Translations under genes and position numbers: made by a program | IMG/VR virus record: IMGVR_UViG_3300042294_003246 | DNA: 64,000 bases | Source of the DNA: a virus | Lineage: Duplodnaviria > Caudoviricetes | Reading direction: 5' to 3' (one strand) | Shown: positions 1 through 9,752 of the stretch, piece by piece | Layout of the letters: every line of letters begins with the position of its first letter | How positions within the stretch are numbered: position 1 is the stretch's first letter | The notes under the pieces: generated by a model | Told to the model about the DNA's origin: nothing | Seen by the model: only the letters and a program-made list of their open reading frames with translations | Database searches by the model: none

Positions 1-356
1 TGTTTTATAATTGGGCATTTAATCTCCCACGAAATGGTGAGGAATTAAAGTCAAAATGGGATATGATACCTGAAGACATTGATATTCTAATCACTCACGG
101 TCCAGCTTGGGGGTTTTTGGATGATGTTGAAGGTCGTCGTGGACAACACTTGGGTTGTGAACTACTAACAGAACGAATTAAACAAATCAAACCTAAAATT
201 CATATCTGTGGACACATCCATAGTGGTTATGGACATTATTATGATGGACATACTCATTACTTCAACGCATCAGTATTGAATGAACGATATCTTTATTCTC
301 ATTTACCTTGGAATATAGATTGGGATCCAATTACAAATGAGGTTAAGTTTTTATAA
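1..356 (+). CDS. Metallophosphoesterase (calcineurin-like), 5'-truncated by window edge
   Basis: Frame is open from base 3 (FYNWAFNLPRNGEELKSKWDMIPEDIDILITHGP). Contains the ILITHGP and HICGHIH motifs of calcineurin-like phosphoesterases. Confidence 0.85.
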   Translation, partial: FYNWAFNLPRNGEELKSKWDMIPEDIDILITHGPAWGFLDDVEGRRGQHLGCELLTERIKQIKPKIHICGHIHSGYGHYYDGHTHYFNASVLNERYLYSHLPWNIDWDPITNEVKFL

Positions 357-396
357 CTTAATCTCATTTTGATATATTTATAATAAAATATATATT

Positions 397-909
397 ATGA
401 ATAAGTTTGATTTAACCGAAAAATTGAAAGAAGAATTAAAAAAAAGAAATCTTTGGGAACAAGAAGATGATGAAGATAATGATGATAATGAGTCTGATGA
501 TAATCAAGATGACGAAGATTCAGACGAAGATTCAGAAAATCATAACGAAGATTTCTGTGAAATGGTTTGTCAGTTATTACACTCACAAACACAAATTCAT
601 ATTTTCCATTTAGGGACCAAATCATATGCCGAACATAAAGCATTACAGGGTTATTACGAAGGTATTGATGCTTTAACTGATGGTCTAATTGAATCTTATC
701 AGGGTAAATATGGTCTTTTAACAAATTACAAATCATATAAGAATCAATCATACAAAAACAAAAACCAAGTATTAAAATATTTTACAAGTTTATTAAATAT
801 GATTGAAGAAAAAAGAGAATCGGTTGAGGACTCTTACATCCAAAACCAAATTGATACGGTTCAAGAATTGATTTATTCAACAATGTATAAGTTGAAATTT
901 CTTAACTAA
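397..909 (+). CDS. Ferritin-like four-helix protein (DUF5856-like) with acidic linker and LxE leader
   Basis: QLLHSQTQIHIFHL...SYAEHKALQGYYE...DGLIESYQGKYG pattern; D/E-rich stretch at residues 22-52; TATTTATA at 375-382. Confidence 0.7.
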   Translation: MNKFDLTEKLKEELKKRNLWEQEDDEDNDDNESDDNQDDEDSDEDSENHNEDFCEMVCQLLHSQTQIHIFHLGTKSYAEHKALQGYYEGIDALTDGLIESYQGKYGLLTNYKSYKNQSYKNKNQVLKYFTSLLNMIEEKRESVEDSYIQNQIDTVQELIYSTMYKLKFLN

Positions 910-1724
910 TCTATTTCGTAAATATTATTTATTACATTCAGAGGATCTCCTTCACAATCACCTTCATAATTTCGGCATAGTTGGTCGACTTCAATCTTGT
1001 CGTCAACCTCACTGATATCAAGTAATATTGGTTCTGAATGATATATCATATTAACTTGATCATCGTTCAAGAATGTATCTACAGGTAATGATTTAAGTTC
1101 AGGGTTCAAACCAAAAAAATCAATTTCATCTTCTGTATAGTATTCATCACTTGATTCATAGTCACCATTTCCATCACAATAATCACAATCAACTTGTCCA
1201 TAACCATCACATCTATCACAGCCAAATTCACCTTTACCATCACACCAAGAACATTCAATTTCACCATTTCCTTGACAATCTGAACATGGTTCACCATCTA
1301 CTTCACCAGATCCATCACAGTTTCTACATTCTTCAGTTCCATTTCCTGAACATCTATCACAATCTACATCACCACTACCATCACATGTGCTACAATATTC
1401 AGTTCCTGATCCATCACATTCATGACAAGTTATATCACGATAACCCAAATCTCTATAATGATACATTCCGATGTTTATAAGATTACCACGAACTTTAGAA
1501 AAAGAAGATTCAATATCTTTAGTTCGTGAAAAGAAGTAAACCATAAACGCGATCTCTACTTTTTCTATTCTTTTAACATTCTTCAAAAGAAGTTTCAATA
1601 GTTCATCACTATTGATATGACTCATAATTTGTTGAACATTCATATCATTATCACCATGTTCATCAACTAAATGATTATAAACTTGTTTTGTGAATACTTT
1701 ATATTTTGAAGGTTGTAAGGACAT
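906..1724 (-). CDS. DnaJ-type zinc-finger repeat protein (8 CxxCxGxG repeats, no J domain)
   Basis: Repeats CHECDGSG, CSTCDGSG, CDRCSGNG, CRNCDGSG, CSDCQGNG, CSWCDGKG, CDRCDGYG, CDYCDGNG; minus-strand TATTTATA at 1735-1742. Confidence 0.8.
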   Translation of the reverse strand: MSLQPSKYKVFTKQVYNHLVDEHGDNDMNVQQIMSHINSDELLKLLLKNVKRIEKVEIAFMVYFFSRTKDIESSFSKVRGNLINIGMYHYRDLGYRDITCHECDGSGTEYCSTCDGSGDVDCDRCSGNGTEECRNCDGSGEVDGEPCSDCQGNGEIECSWCDGKGEFGCDRCDGYGQVDCDYCDGNGDYESSDEYYTEDEIDFFGLNPELKSLPVDTFLNDDQVNMIYHSEPILLDISEVDDKIEVDQLCRNYEGDCEGDPLNVINNIYEID

Positions 1725-1761
1725 TATTTAGTTTTATAAATAAATATTGTATTTTTTAGTT

Positions 1762-2046
1762 ATGAACGAATATCCATCAATTAATAAAGATTTATTTTTC
1801 TATTTGGTTAGACACAATAAAGTGTTTTTTCCTCCTAATTCTTTATTTAATTCTAATAAACCCCATGTTGTAGTAGAGGATAGGTTCTTTCAAATTGAGA
1901 ATAATAAAAAGTATTTGAAAAGAAAGATCTATAATCTAATAGAACAAGAAAAACCAGAGTTAGTAGAGGGAAAAGAAAATATTTCAAAAACTAATAAAAC
2001 AATTAAGTATTTTTTACAAGAATCAAATAAAATTAAAAAACTATAA
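1762..2046 (+). CDS. Hypothetical protein
   Basis: ORF track 1747..2046; ATG at 1762 is the likelier start. Confidence 0.55.
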   Translation: MNEYPSINKDLFFYLVRHNKVFFPPNSLFNSNKPHVVVEDRFFQIENNKKYLKRKIYNLIEQEKPELVEGKENISKTNKTIKYFLQESNKIKKL

Positions 2047-2050
2047 AATT

Positions 2051-2404
2051 ATGGCTCACCCGGTGCTTCACGCAAAATCAAATCAAAAAAAATTCGGAGG
2101 AAAATGGGAAGATTATATACATCTTCACGAATGGATGGATTCCACTAAATCGTGGTATGGACATTCATTACATAGAATGTGGAGACACCACAGTGAAGGT
2201 ATATTTGAGGCGGAATCAAAATTTGGGGTTTATTTTACAAATTCTGACGGGAAAGTGGTTTATACAAGATACTGTTTGGAAAGTCATGTCAAAGAAGATT
2301 GTGATGGAATTATACCATCGGCATCAGATTGGATGAGAATTCTAATATCAGGTGAAAGACCAACTTGGGCGACAAGATCAAAAAAGTTAGAGTTTGAAGA
2401 TTAA
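2051..2404 (+). CDS. DUF6915-like His-rich protein
   Basis: MAHPVLHAKS..KKFGGKWEDY..LHEWMD..K...HRMWRHHSEGIF matches my recollection of the DUF6915 consensus. Confidence 0.65.
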   Translation: MAHPVLHAKSNQKKFGGKWEDYIHLHEWMDSTKSWYGHSLHRMWRHHSEGIFEAESKFGVYFTNSDGKVVYTRYCLESHVKEDCDGIIPSASDWMRILISGERPTWATRSKKLEFED

Positions 2405-2427
2405 AAGTATTTATAATAAAAGTTTAG

Positions 2428-3165
2428 ATGGAACTAACAGACAAACAAAAACATGATTTAAGAAGATTTTCTTTGATACTAAATTCCTTGAACATGGAAG
2501 ATGGTGTAGAATGGGTATATAGACATTATGATGACTGGGAAAGTGATTATCCTGACGGACCTTATTATAGAAATAAAAATGTAAAAGGTGAATTAGATTT
2601 TTTACCAGGATCAATAGGACCTTTGTTTGATGAAATAAAAGAAAATTTTGATACTGATCTTTTTTATAATGATTACTACGACAATTACACAGGAGGTCTT
2701 CAGATATTTGTAAACGCCGAAAAGAAAATGTTAATTGTGAAATATTATTATTACACAATGATCACAGAGGATAGCAGAATAGAAAGATCATTCAAAGAAT
2801 TATCTGAAACGACTAATCCATGGAGAAGGGGTGAAAGAGAATTAACCAAACTTACAAATGAAGACTTTTTAAACAGAATGAAAGAAGAATACGGTTCTTA
2901 TGTTGAATTGAAATATGATGGTAGTGGTGATAGTGGGTGGATTGATGATAATGTAGATAGTGATAAAGGAAGTAAAGTTTCAACTAATCAACTTGAAGAT
3001 ATTGCGTATGAGGCTTTAGAATTGTTTCATGCGGGATGGGAAATCAATGAAGGATCAAGCGGGACAATGACATTTAATTTTGAAAATCAAACTTTTACTG
3101 TTGAACACTATCAAAATATTGAAGATGAAGCTGAAGACTTCTATAAATCTTTTTCCTTTGCTTAA
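2428..3165 (+). CDS. Protein with C-terminal DUF6878-like domain
   Basis: YDGSGDSGWID...LEDIAYEALELFHAGWEINEGSSGTMTF; TATTTATA at 2408-2415. Confidence 0.6.
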   Translation: MELTDKQKHDLRRFSLILNSLNMEDGVEWVYRHYDDWESDYPDGPYYRNKNVKGELDFLPGSIGPLFDEIKENFDTDLFYNDYYDNYTGGLQIFVNAEKKMLIVKYYYYTMITEDSRIERSFKELSETTNPWRRGERELTKLTNEDFLNRMKEEYGSYVELKYDGSGDSGWIDDNVDSDKGSKVSTNQLEDIAYEALELFHAGWEINEGSSGTMTFNFENQTFTVEHYQNIEDEAEDFYKSFSFA

Positions 3166-4029
3166 ATGAACAAGTTAATTAAAGAAGAAATACTAAGAAT
3201 AAATGAGTTAATGAATACAAAAATTCTTAACGAATCGGAATATAAAGAATGCTCAAGATTTTCAGATTCTCCACAGAAATTACTTGTTTGTAGAAAAATC
3301 GCATCACTTAAAAGTTGGTTACACAAAGACGATGGATTTGGAATGAAAAATGTTATAAATAATAAAATTGAAGATTTAAAAACCGACATTCCTCAAAACT
3401 TAAAACAACAATTTATTCAAGGGGCAAACTTATTGTATTCACTAAATAAAATAAATGAAAGACAAAGGGATTACTTTATAGATAATAAAGTTAATTCAGC
3501 TAAATTGGTATACATAAACGGTGATTGGCAATTAATTAATAAGTTAAACACAAACTATTCTGATTTGGCAGAAATGTTAACAGATATGATTTATAAAGGT
3601 GGAGATAGGGCTAGACCAATAATTCAAAATATTATTAGAGATCCTAAAGCTGCTTTGTCATCAATACAACCCAAAATAATAGAATTAGTTGATAAGTATT
3701 TTGAGGATCCTAATGTGTTAATTGACTATACAAAAAATATAGAAAGATCAACATCTATAGGTGAAATTGCTGAAAAACAAGTTGAAGATAAGTTAATCAC
3801 AAAAGGTTTTACAACCGATTACGCTGGAGGTAATGGCGATCTAATCGATATGTCTTTTGGGACAGATTTAATCATGACATCACCGGAATACGGGACAAAA
3901 ACAATCCAAGTAAAAAATTCTGAAAAGGCTTGGAATAAGTCTGATGAATATCCTTACGTTGATTGGGTTATAATTTCAAACCCTTTTACCATTTATGATA
4001 ATAAAACAAAGGAAGTTGTTGAATTATGA
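3166..4029 (+). CDS. Leader-bearing protein with C-terminal PD-(D/E)xK nuclease-like motif
   Basis: Leader MNKLIKEEILRINELMNTKILNE; C-terminal FGTDLIMT...TIQVKNS resembles a nuclease D...QxK motif. Confidence 0.5.
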   Translation: MNKLIKEEILRINELMNTKILNESEYKECSRFSDSPQKLLVCRKIASLKSWLHKDDGFGMKNVINNKIEDLKTDIPQNLKQQFIQGANLLYSLNKINERQRDYFIDNKVNSAKLVYINGDWQLINKLNTNYSDLAEMLTDMIYKGGDRARPIIQNIIRDPKAALSSIQPKIIELVDKYFEDPNVLIDYTKNIERSTSIGEIAEKQVEDKLITKGFTTDYAGGNGDLIDMSFGTDLIMTSPEYGTKTIQVKNSEKAWNKSDEYPYVDWVIISNPFTIYDNKTKEVVEL

Positions 4030-4586
4030 AAATAATAATATCAGAACACCAATTTAATTTTCTTAACGAAAGTGATGTTAATAGAAATATTGATGCTATC
4101 AAAAAGTATTGGAAAAGTGAATTGAAAAAAGGAAATCAAATTAGATTTAATAAAGACGAACTTGAATATTGGGGTATTATTAAAACTTCAGATGAAATAC
4201 ATGCTCAATTAGCATTTCAGATATTAGTTGGAGATGAGGAGTTCGCTAAAAAATTCATAAACAAATTATTAAATAAAACATTTTCAACAAAAGACTTTAG
4301 TGATAGAATTGTAGGTGGTTATGATTTTGAATGGATTATTACTCAAATGAATTATCAAGATTTTGATTTCTTTTTGTATGGTCAAACACTACCAGGTGGA
4401 ACTGTTAGTCTAATTATGATGGATGGTAGAAATCTGACTTTACAGGAAGCTTTAGAAGACGAAGATATTGGTTGGGAAATTCAAGAGGAAGTTAACAACG
4501 TTGTTCAGGACTGTATGAACGAAATAATTTTACCGGCCACAGGTTATGATGTAGAAGTTCCGGTTATTTATATTGCAGAAGAATGA
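4026..4586 (+). CDS. MKIIISE-leader family protein
   Basis: N-terminus MKIIISEHQFNFLNES; ATGA overlap with the upstream gene. Confidence 0.75.
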   Translation: MKIIISEHQFNFLNESDVNRNIDAIKKYWKSELKKGNQIRFNKDELEYWGIIKTSDEIHAQLAFQILVGDEEFAKKFINKLLNKTFSTKDFSDRIVGGYDFEWIITQMNYQDFDFFLYGQTLPGGTVSLIMMDGRNLTLQEALEDEDIGWEIQEEVNNVVQDCMNEIILPATGYDVEVPVIYIAEE

Positions 4587-4969
4587 AAATAATAATTTCA
4601 GAACGACAACAAAAGTTATTAACCGAGTCAAAAAAACTTGAGTCGGCACAAAATCTTATTGATCAGGCATTTGAGGAATTAAGAGAAAACTGTGAAAAAA
4701 ATTGGGTTGAACAATATGCTTGTGATCAAATGGAAACCGTTGAAGAGATTAAAGTTGTTGCATCTGAAAAAGGATCAGCGACCACAAGAGGTCAAAAAAC
4801 TAATTTTTGGTTGATTGAAGTTGACATATATTATTCATCATTAGGATATACACCTTTTGAAGATTTTATTTATCAAATCCAATGGGAAGTTAGAGAAATT
4901 GTCGGATCAAGAAATATTATTATAACCATCCGAGGTACTATAAACTCAAACAAAGACCTAAACTGGTAA
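4583..4969 (+). CDS. MKIIISE-leader family protein
   Basis: N-terminus MKIIISERQQKLLTES. Confidence 0.75.
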   Translation: MKIIISERQQKLLTESKKLESAQNLIDQAFEELRENCEKNWVEQYACDQMETVEEIKVVASEKGSATTRGQKTNFWLIEVDIYYSSLGYTPFEDFIYQIQWEVREIVGSRNIIITIRGTINSNKDLNW

Positions 4970-5412
4970 TGAAAATAATAATATCAGAATCACAATATAA
5001 TTTACTTTTAGAATCAAAGTTGAAACAAAATCTTAAACAGGAAATTAAAGATTTTGGAGTAAAAGATACTGCTGAACTTGTTAATGGTTTCGATAATTTA
5101 ATGGAAATTTTAAACATAAATTCTCCGATGGATTTTTTACATTTGTTTGATGACTTGGATGTTGTTCAAAGTGAAATGGACCCTGATTGGACTTTATTTC
5201 GATATAAACCAAAACATAATTTGATGGTTCACAATAGAAAAAATAGAACTGTTTTCATTAATTACGAAGAAATTTGGAAACCTTTATTTGATACTGGTCT
5301 TTTCGATCCTGACATAAAGGAACTTACAAAAGAGTGGTTGTCTAGTGTCTACAACTTAAGGGGAGTCACAACCGAAAGGTTTTATCAAGCTTCTCCATGG
5401 TTAGTTGTCTAG
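4969..5412 (+). CDS. MKIIISE-leader family protein
   Basis: N-terminus MKIIISESQYNLLLES; body similar to ORF 34982. Confidence 0.75.
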   Translation: MKIIISESQYNLLLESKLKQNLKQEIKDFGVKDTAELVNGFDNLMEILNINSPMDFLHLFDDLDVVQSEMDPDWTLFRYKPKHNLMVHNRKNRTVFINYEEIWKPLFDTGLFDPDIKELTKEWLSSVYNLRGVTTERFYQASPWLVV

Positions 5413-5437
5413 TGTCTACAATTTAAAAAAATAGAAT

Positions 5438-5839
5438 ATGAAAATAATAATTACAGAATCACAAGTTAGTCTTCTCAAAGAAAATTCCATTGTGGATATG
5501 GATCTTCAACAACTATATGACAGGGCCATAAAATTAAAAAAAGTGGTTTCTAAAAATGTCCAAAGAGAGTTGGAAGATTATTCTTGGTTTGATGGATTAC
5601 AGGTAAGTATTGATAGAGATTGGGGAGGACTACCTTATTATTTTTTTAACATAAAAACAAATTTGTCCCTAACAGAGGATGAATTTTATAGTCAAGAATT
5701 AGGTGATGAAATTTATGATAAAATTGGTGATGTTTTTGGTCACTTTTTTCCAGAGGTTAATAAAAATACACAATATAACTTAACTGGTGTTTGGGATGCT
5801 TCTATAACAGACAGACATGGTTATGTAACTCACATTTAG
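5438..5839 (+). CDS. MKIIITE-leader family protein
   Basis: N-terminus MKIIITESQVSLLKEN. Confidence 0.75.
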   Translation: MKIIITESQVSLLKENSIVDMDLQQLYDRAIKLKKVVSKNVQRELEDYSWFDGLQVSIDRDWGGLPYYFFNIKTNLSLTEDEFYSQELGDEIYDKIGDVFGHFFPEVNKNTQYNLTGVWDASITDRHGYVTHI

Positions 5840-5854
5840 AACTATTTATTTAAT

Positions 5855-6544
5855 ATGAAAATCATCATTTCAGAAGATCAACAAAAAGTATTACTTGAAT
5901 CAAAACAAATTGATTCAGTTCAAAATCTTGTTGATATGGCGGTTGAAGATTATGTTGAAGGTTGTTCTAGAAGACATGCATTTAGAAATCTTGAACTTGC
6001 ACTTTGTAAAGGGTTCAAGAACGGAACAACAAAACTTAAAGTTTTAGAAGTAAAAAAAATACACGACCATTATGATGTAAAACTTTCTATACACACAGAT
6101 CAAGAATGGTTTCAAAGAGCGGACTTTCAAGATTTTGAAATCACATTAATACTTAAAGTTGCAAATATAATAGGAACACACAAATATGGGTTTGATATTA
6201 AGGACATGGAATTAAATGATCGTGATGAAGAAGTGATTTCTGAAAGTCGTGAAATGAGTACTAAACTAAGACGAAGATTTAGTGAACTTGAAAAAATTGG
6301 AGAGTCAATAGAGTATCAAACTGAAATACAAGATCCATGTGATTTTGAGGATGAGAATGACTATGCTGACTATTGTATTGGACAAGGACTTTATTTTTAT
6401 TACAACGATGATGAAGATGAAGACTATGAATATCCACCAGACGAAATGGTTGAGGTTAGAGATGAGGTAGAAGAATATTTAGAAGAAAAATACCACAATT
6501 ATTTAGTAGATATTTATAATGACTTAGTAGAAAACTGTAACTAA
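5855..6544 (+). CDS. MKIIISE-leader family two-module protein
   Basis: N-terminus MKIIISEDQQKVLLES; internal EVISESRE junction; TATTTAT at 5843-5849. Confidence 0.75.
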   Translation: MKIIISEDQQKVLLESKQIDSVQNLVDMAVEDYVEGCSRRHAFRNLELALCKGFKNGTTKLKVLEVKKIHDHYDVKLSIHTDQEWFQRADFQDFEITLILKVANIIGTHKYGFDIKDMELNDRDEEVISESREMSTKLRRRFSELEKIGESIEYQTEIQDPCDFEDENDYADYCIGQGLYFYYNDDEDEDYEYPPDEMVEVRDEVEEYLEEKYHNYLVDIYNDLVENCN

Positions 6545-6849
6545 TGAAAATACTATTAACAGAAAAACAGGCCGATAGAATATTCAACGAAAAGATTGAA
6601 TGCGAAAAGTGCGAACACTCTTGGAAAAAAGAAAATGATGACAAACATCCATTTCTTTGTCATGATTGTGGGTGGGACCAAAAAAAAGGTCTTTACGATA
6701 AAGAAAACTTATTTAAGTTTTGGAAAGGAAAATTATCTAAAGAACCAATTGAAGAAAAGTGGTCTGAAAAATATAAAAGATCAATCAACTGTAATAACCC
6801 AAAAGGTTTTAGTCAAAAGGCTCATTGTCAAGGGAGAAAGAAAAAATAA
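6544..6849 (+). CDS. Leader-bearing small Zn-ribbon protein with basic C-terminal module
   Basis: MKILLTEKQADRIFNEK; CxxC...CxxC; terminal IEEKWSEKYKRSINCNNPKGFSQKAHCQGRKKK. Confidence 0.7.
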   Translation: MKILLTEKQADRIFNEKIECEKCEHSWKKENDDKHPFLCHDCGWDQKKGLYDKENLFKFWKGKLSKEPIEEKWSEKYKRSINCNNPKGFSQKAHCQGRKKK

Positions 6850-6850
6850 A

Positions 6851-7636
6851 ATGGAGTTTAAACAAGTTAAAATTTCTTCTAATTTATCAGAATTTTTTTC
6901 TGATAATTTCAAAAAAAAATGGAATTTAGTTGATTATTACGATACTAATAAACCGGCAATTTTTTTTGGTTTATACACAAATACAGATAGATTGTTTTTG
7001 CAAAATCATAAAGGAAAAAGTTTGGTAATTTGGGGAGGTTCTGACTTAGATAGACCAAAATCTTTAAGTTTAGTTAAAAACTTAGTAGATATTGGTTCAT
7101 GCTATACTTGGGTTTATCCAGGTTTTTTTTCGGAAGTATTAAGTAAATACAAAATAAAACATAAAAAAATTTTTGTTCCTATAAAAAACTATGACGAGTT
7201 CCAACCAATTGAATGTGGGGATAAAATTTACGTTTATAAAGGAATTTTAGGCAACAGAAAAGATTATTTTAAATGGGACGAGGTAATCCAACCAATAATA
7301 AACCATTTTGGTAAAGATAATATTTTGTATACTCAAAACGAAACAATTGAAACTTTAAAAAATAAATTTTATAAAAATTCTTTTGTGTATATTAAACCAA
7401 ATGAAAAAGGTGGTTGTACTACCATGTTCGAAATGGCTTATATGGGAAGAAAAACAATAGGTTTAGGGTTTGAAAACTGTGAATTTTTTTCTACCTATAA
7501 AAACACTAACAACCTAATCCAACAAATCGAAGATGAATCAAAAAAAATTGGTAAAATAAATTATAAAACTTCAGAGTCTATAAAAAATACCTTTATTTCG
7601 GATAATTCTTGGTTATACTCTAACTATTATGAATAA
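6851..7636 (+). CDS. Putative glycosyltransferase-related protein
   Basis: True start is probably ATG 6851 within track ORF 6596..7636; first gene of the sugar cluster; EKGGCTTMFEMAYMGRKTI resembles the GT-B ExxAxG motif. Confidence 0.5.
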   Translation: MEFKQVKISSNLSEFFSDNFKKKWNLVDYYDTNKPAIFFGLYTNTDRLFLQNHKGKSLVIWGGSDLDRPKSLSLVKNLVDIGSCYTWVYPGFFSEVLSKYKIKHKKIFVPIKNYDEFQPIECGDKIYVYKGILGNRKDYFKWDEVIQPIINHFGKDNILYTQNETIETLKNKFYKNSFVYIKPNEKGGCTTMFEMAYMGRKTIGLGFENCEFFSTYKNTNNLIQQIEDESKKIGKINYKTSESIKNTFISDNSWLYSNYYE

Positions 7637-8393
7637 TGTTTTTTGTGAGGATTTCCGAGTAGGTAAAAATACTTTTATTTCACCTAAGGCAACTATAAAA
7701 GGAATAAATGGTAATGCAAAAAAAATAACAATAGGTGATAATACTTATATCGGCGACAATGTTCAAATAATAATTGATGAATTAGAAATTGGTGATTATT
7801 GTAAAATACACCATCACACAAATATTCATGGTTATTTACCTATGAAAATAGGACATAACGCATGGATTGGACAAGGTTGTATAATTGATTCTATAGGTGG
7901 AGTTACTATTGGAAACAATTGTGGTATTGGTGCCTATTCTCAATTGTGGAGTCATATTAAGTATGGGGATCCTTTAATTGGTTGTAACTACAACGATAAT
8001 AAACCTTTGACAATTGGGAATGATGTTTGGTTTGTTGGTCATTGTATTGTTTCACCAATACACGCAAAAGATAGATCAATGGCCTTGGTTGGTAGTGTAA
8101 TAACAAAAGATATGGAAACAGATCAAGTTTACGCCGGAAGTCCTGCAAAAAATATAACTTCTAAAGTTAAACCACAATTTACCGACATAACTTTACAGGA
8201 GAAATGGGATTTAATAAAAAAAATACCTAAAACTGATGATATTGAAATTGTTGAGTCAAATAGTGAAATTATTTGTAACAAAAAAAGTTATTTTAATATA
8301 AATGAAAGAACCTACACAAAAAAAAATACAGATACTGAAATTGCCTTTATGAAAAAGTTACAATCTCAATTAATAAAATTTGTACCAAAATAA
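7629..8393 (+). CDS. Hexapeptide-repeat (left-handed beta-helix) acyltransferase
   Basis: Repeated IGDNTYIG/IGHNAWIG/IGNNCGIG/IGNDVW; terminal YAGSPAK. Confidence 0.9.
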   Translation: MNNVFCEDFRVGKNTFISPKATIKGINGNAKKITIGDNTYIGDNVQIIIDELEIGDYCKIHHHTNIHGYLPMKIGHNAWIGQGCIIDSIGGVTIGNNCGIGAYSQLWSHIKYGDPLIGCNYNDNKPLTIGNDVWFVGHCIVSPIHAKDRSMALVGSVITKDMETDQVYAGSPAKNITSKVKPQFTDITLQEKWDLIKKIPKTDDIEIVESNSEIICNKKSYFNINERTYTKKNTDTEIAFMKKLQSQLIKFVPK

Positions 8394-8398
8394 AAAAT

Positions 8399-9034
8399 AT
8401 GCCAATAAAAGAACATAACCCATACAAAATAGTAAAAATGTTTGAAGAAGAAATTGCTTCTTACACTGGTGCTAAATATGCAATATCTGTTGATAGTTGT
8501 ACAAATGCCTTATTTTTGATGTGTAAATATCATCAAGTTAAAGAAGTTACGATTCCCTCAAAAACATATTTATCTGTCCCTATGAGTATAATTAATGCTG
8601 GTGGTGAAGTTATTTTTGATAAAAGGGAAATTACAAATCATTGGAGCGGTTTATATCAATTAAAACCATATCCAATTTATGACTCAGCAAAAAGATTAAC
8701 ATCAAACATGTATATTCCTGGTTCTTATATGGGTTTATCTTTCCATATAAAAAAACAACTTGGTATTGGAAAAGGAGGTATGATACTAACGGACGATGAA
8801 GTGGCCGCAAAGTGGTTTAAAAAGGCAAGATATGAGGGTAGAAGTGAAAAGTTTTATAAAGAAGATAATATTGAAACAATTGGTTGGAATATGTATATGA
8901 CACCACAGGAAGCTGCTCATGGACTTTGCCTTTTACAAAATTATCCCGAAAACAATATAGATTTAAATGAAATAAATGGATATAGAGATCTAACTGATTT
9001 CCATATTTTTAAAGATTGTAAAGTAATTAAATAA
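8399..9034 (+). CDS. DegT/DnrJ/EryC1/StrS family PLP aminotransferase (short form)
   Basis: FEEEIASYTGAKYAISVDSCTNAL, DSA, SFHIKKQLGIGKGGMILTDD, GWNMYM. Confidence 0.85.
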   Translation: MPIKEHNPYKIVKMFEEEIASYTGAKYAISVDSCTNALFLMCKYHQVKEVTIPSKTYLSVPMSIINAGGEVIFDKREITNHWSGLYQLKPYPIYDSAKRLTSNMYIPGSYMGLSFHIKKQLGIGKGGMILTDDEVAAKWFKKARYEGRSEKFYKEDNIETIGWNMYMTPQEAAHGLCLLQNYPENNIDLNEINGYRDLTDFHIFKDCKVIK

Positions 9035-9035
9035 A

Positions 9036-9746
9036 ATGAAACATTCTGTAATTGTAACAGGATTCAATTGTGAGTTATATGCCGAAGAGTGTATTCGGTC
9101 AATTCTGAATCAAACATATGATAATTTTGAAATATTAATTTATAATGATGGGAGCGTTGATTCTACCAAAAAAGTTTTAGAGCAATTCAAATCAAATAAA
9201 AATATAAAAATATATAACAATGAAACAAATATGGGTGCATTATATGGTAGGTATAACTTAAATAAATTAGCACAAGGTGAAATTGTTTCTTTTGTTGGTT
9301 TAGATGATAAATTAAGTTTAGATGCTTTGGAAATAGTTACTAATTATTATACACCAGAAATAAAAATGACATACGGCAATTGGGTTGATATGGACACTAA
9401 TGTTGTTTTTGAAGTTGAAGAATACAGTGAAGAAACTTTTGAATTAAAATTATTTAGAAAAACAAAATGGAAAGCTACTGCTTTAAACACTTTTAGAAAA
9501 AGTTTGATTGATACGATACCTGAAACTATTTTAAAAATGGACGGTAATTTTTTTACAAATTGTACAGATTTGGCATACAGTTATCCATGTTTGGAACAGT
9601 GTTCAAAAAAAGAAGTGTCTGTAATAAAAGAACCAATTTATATTTATAGAAAAAATCACCCTAATACTACTTTAAAAAGACTAGGAAGAACAAATAAAAA
9701 TATGGTTAGAGAATATATATCTAAACAAAAAATTTTTAAAATTTAA
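9036..9746 (+). CDS. Glycosyltransferase family 2
   Basis: SVIVTGFN...CIRSILNQTYDNFEILIYNDGSVD. Confidence 0.9.
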   Translation: MKHSVIVTGFNCELYAEECIRSILNQTYDNFEILIYNDGSVDSTKKVLEQFKSNKNIKIYNNETNMGALYGRYNLNKLAQGEIVSFVGLDDKLSLDALEIVTNYYTPEIKMTYGNWVDMDTNVVFEVEEYSEETFELKLFRKTKWKATALNTFRKSLIDTIPETILKMDGNFFTNCTDLAYSYPCLEQCSKKEVSVIKEPIYIYRKNHPNTTLKRLGRTNKNMVREYISKQKIFKI

Positions 9747-9752
9747 TTCTCT

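Noticed and set aside
6596-6850. N-terminal 85 aa of track ORF 6596..7636
   Set aside because: Overlaps the leader-bearing ORF 6544..6849 in another frame; ATG 6851 after an A-rich spacer is the likelier start.
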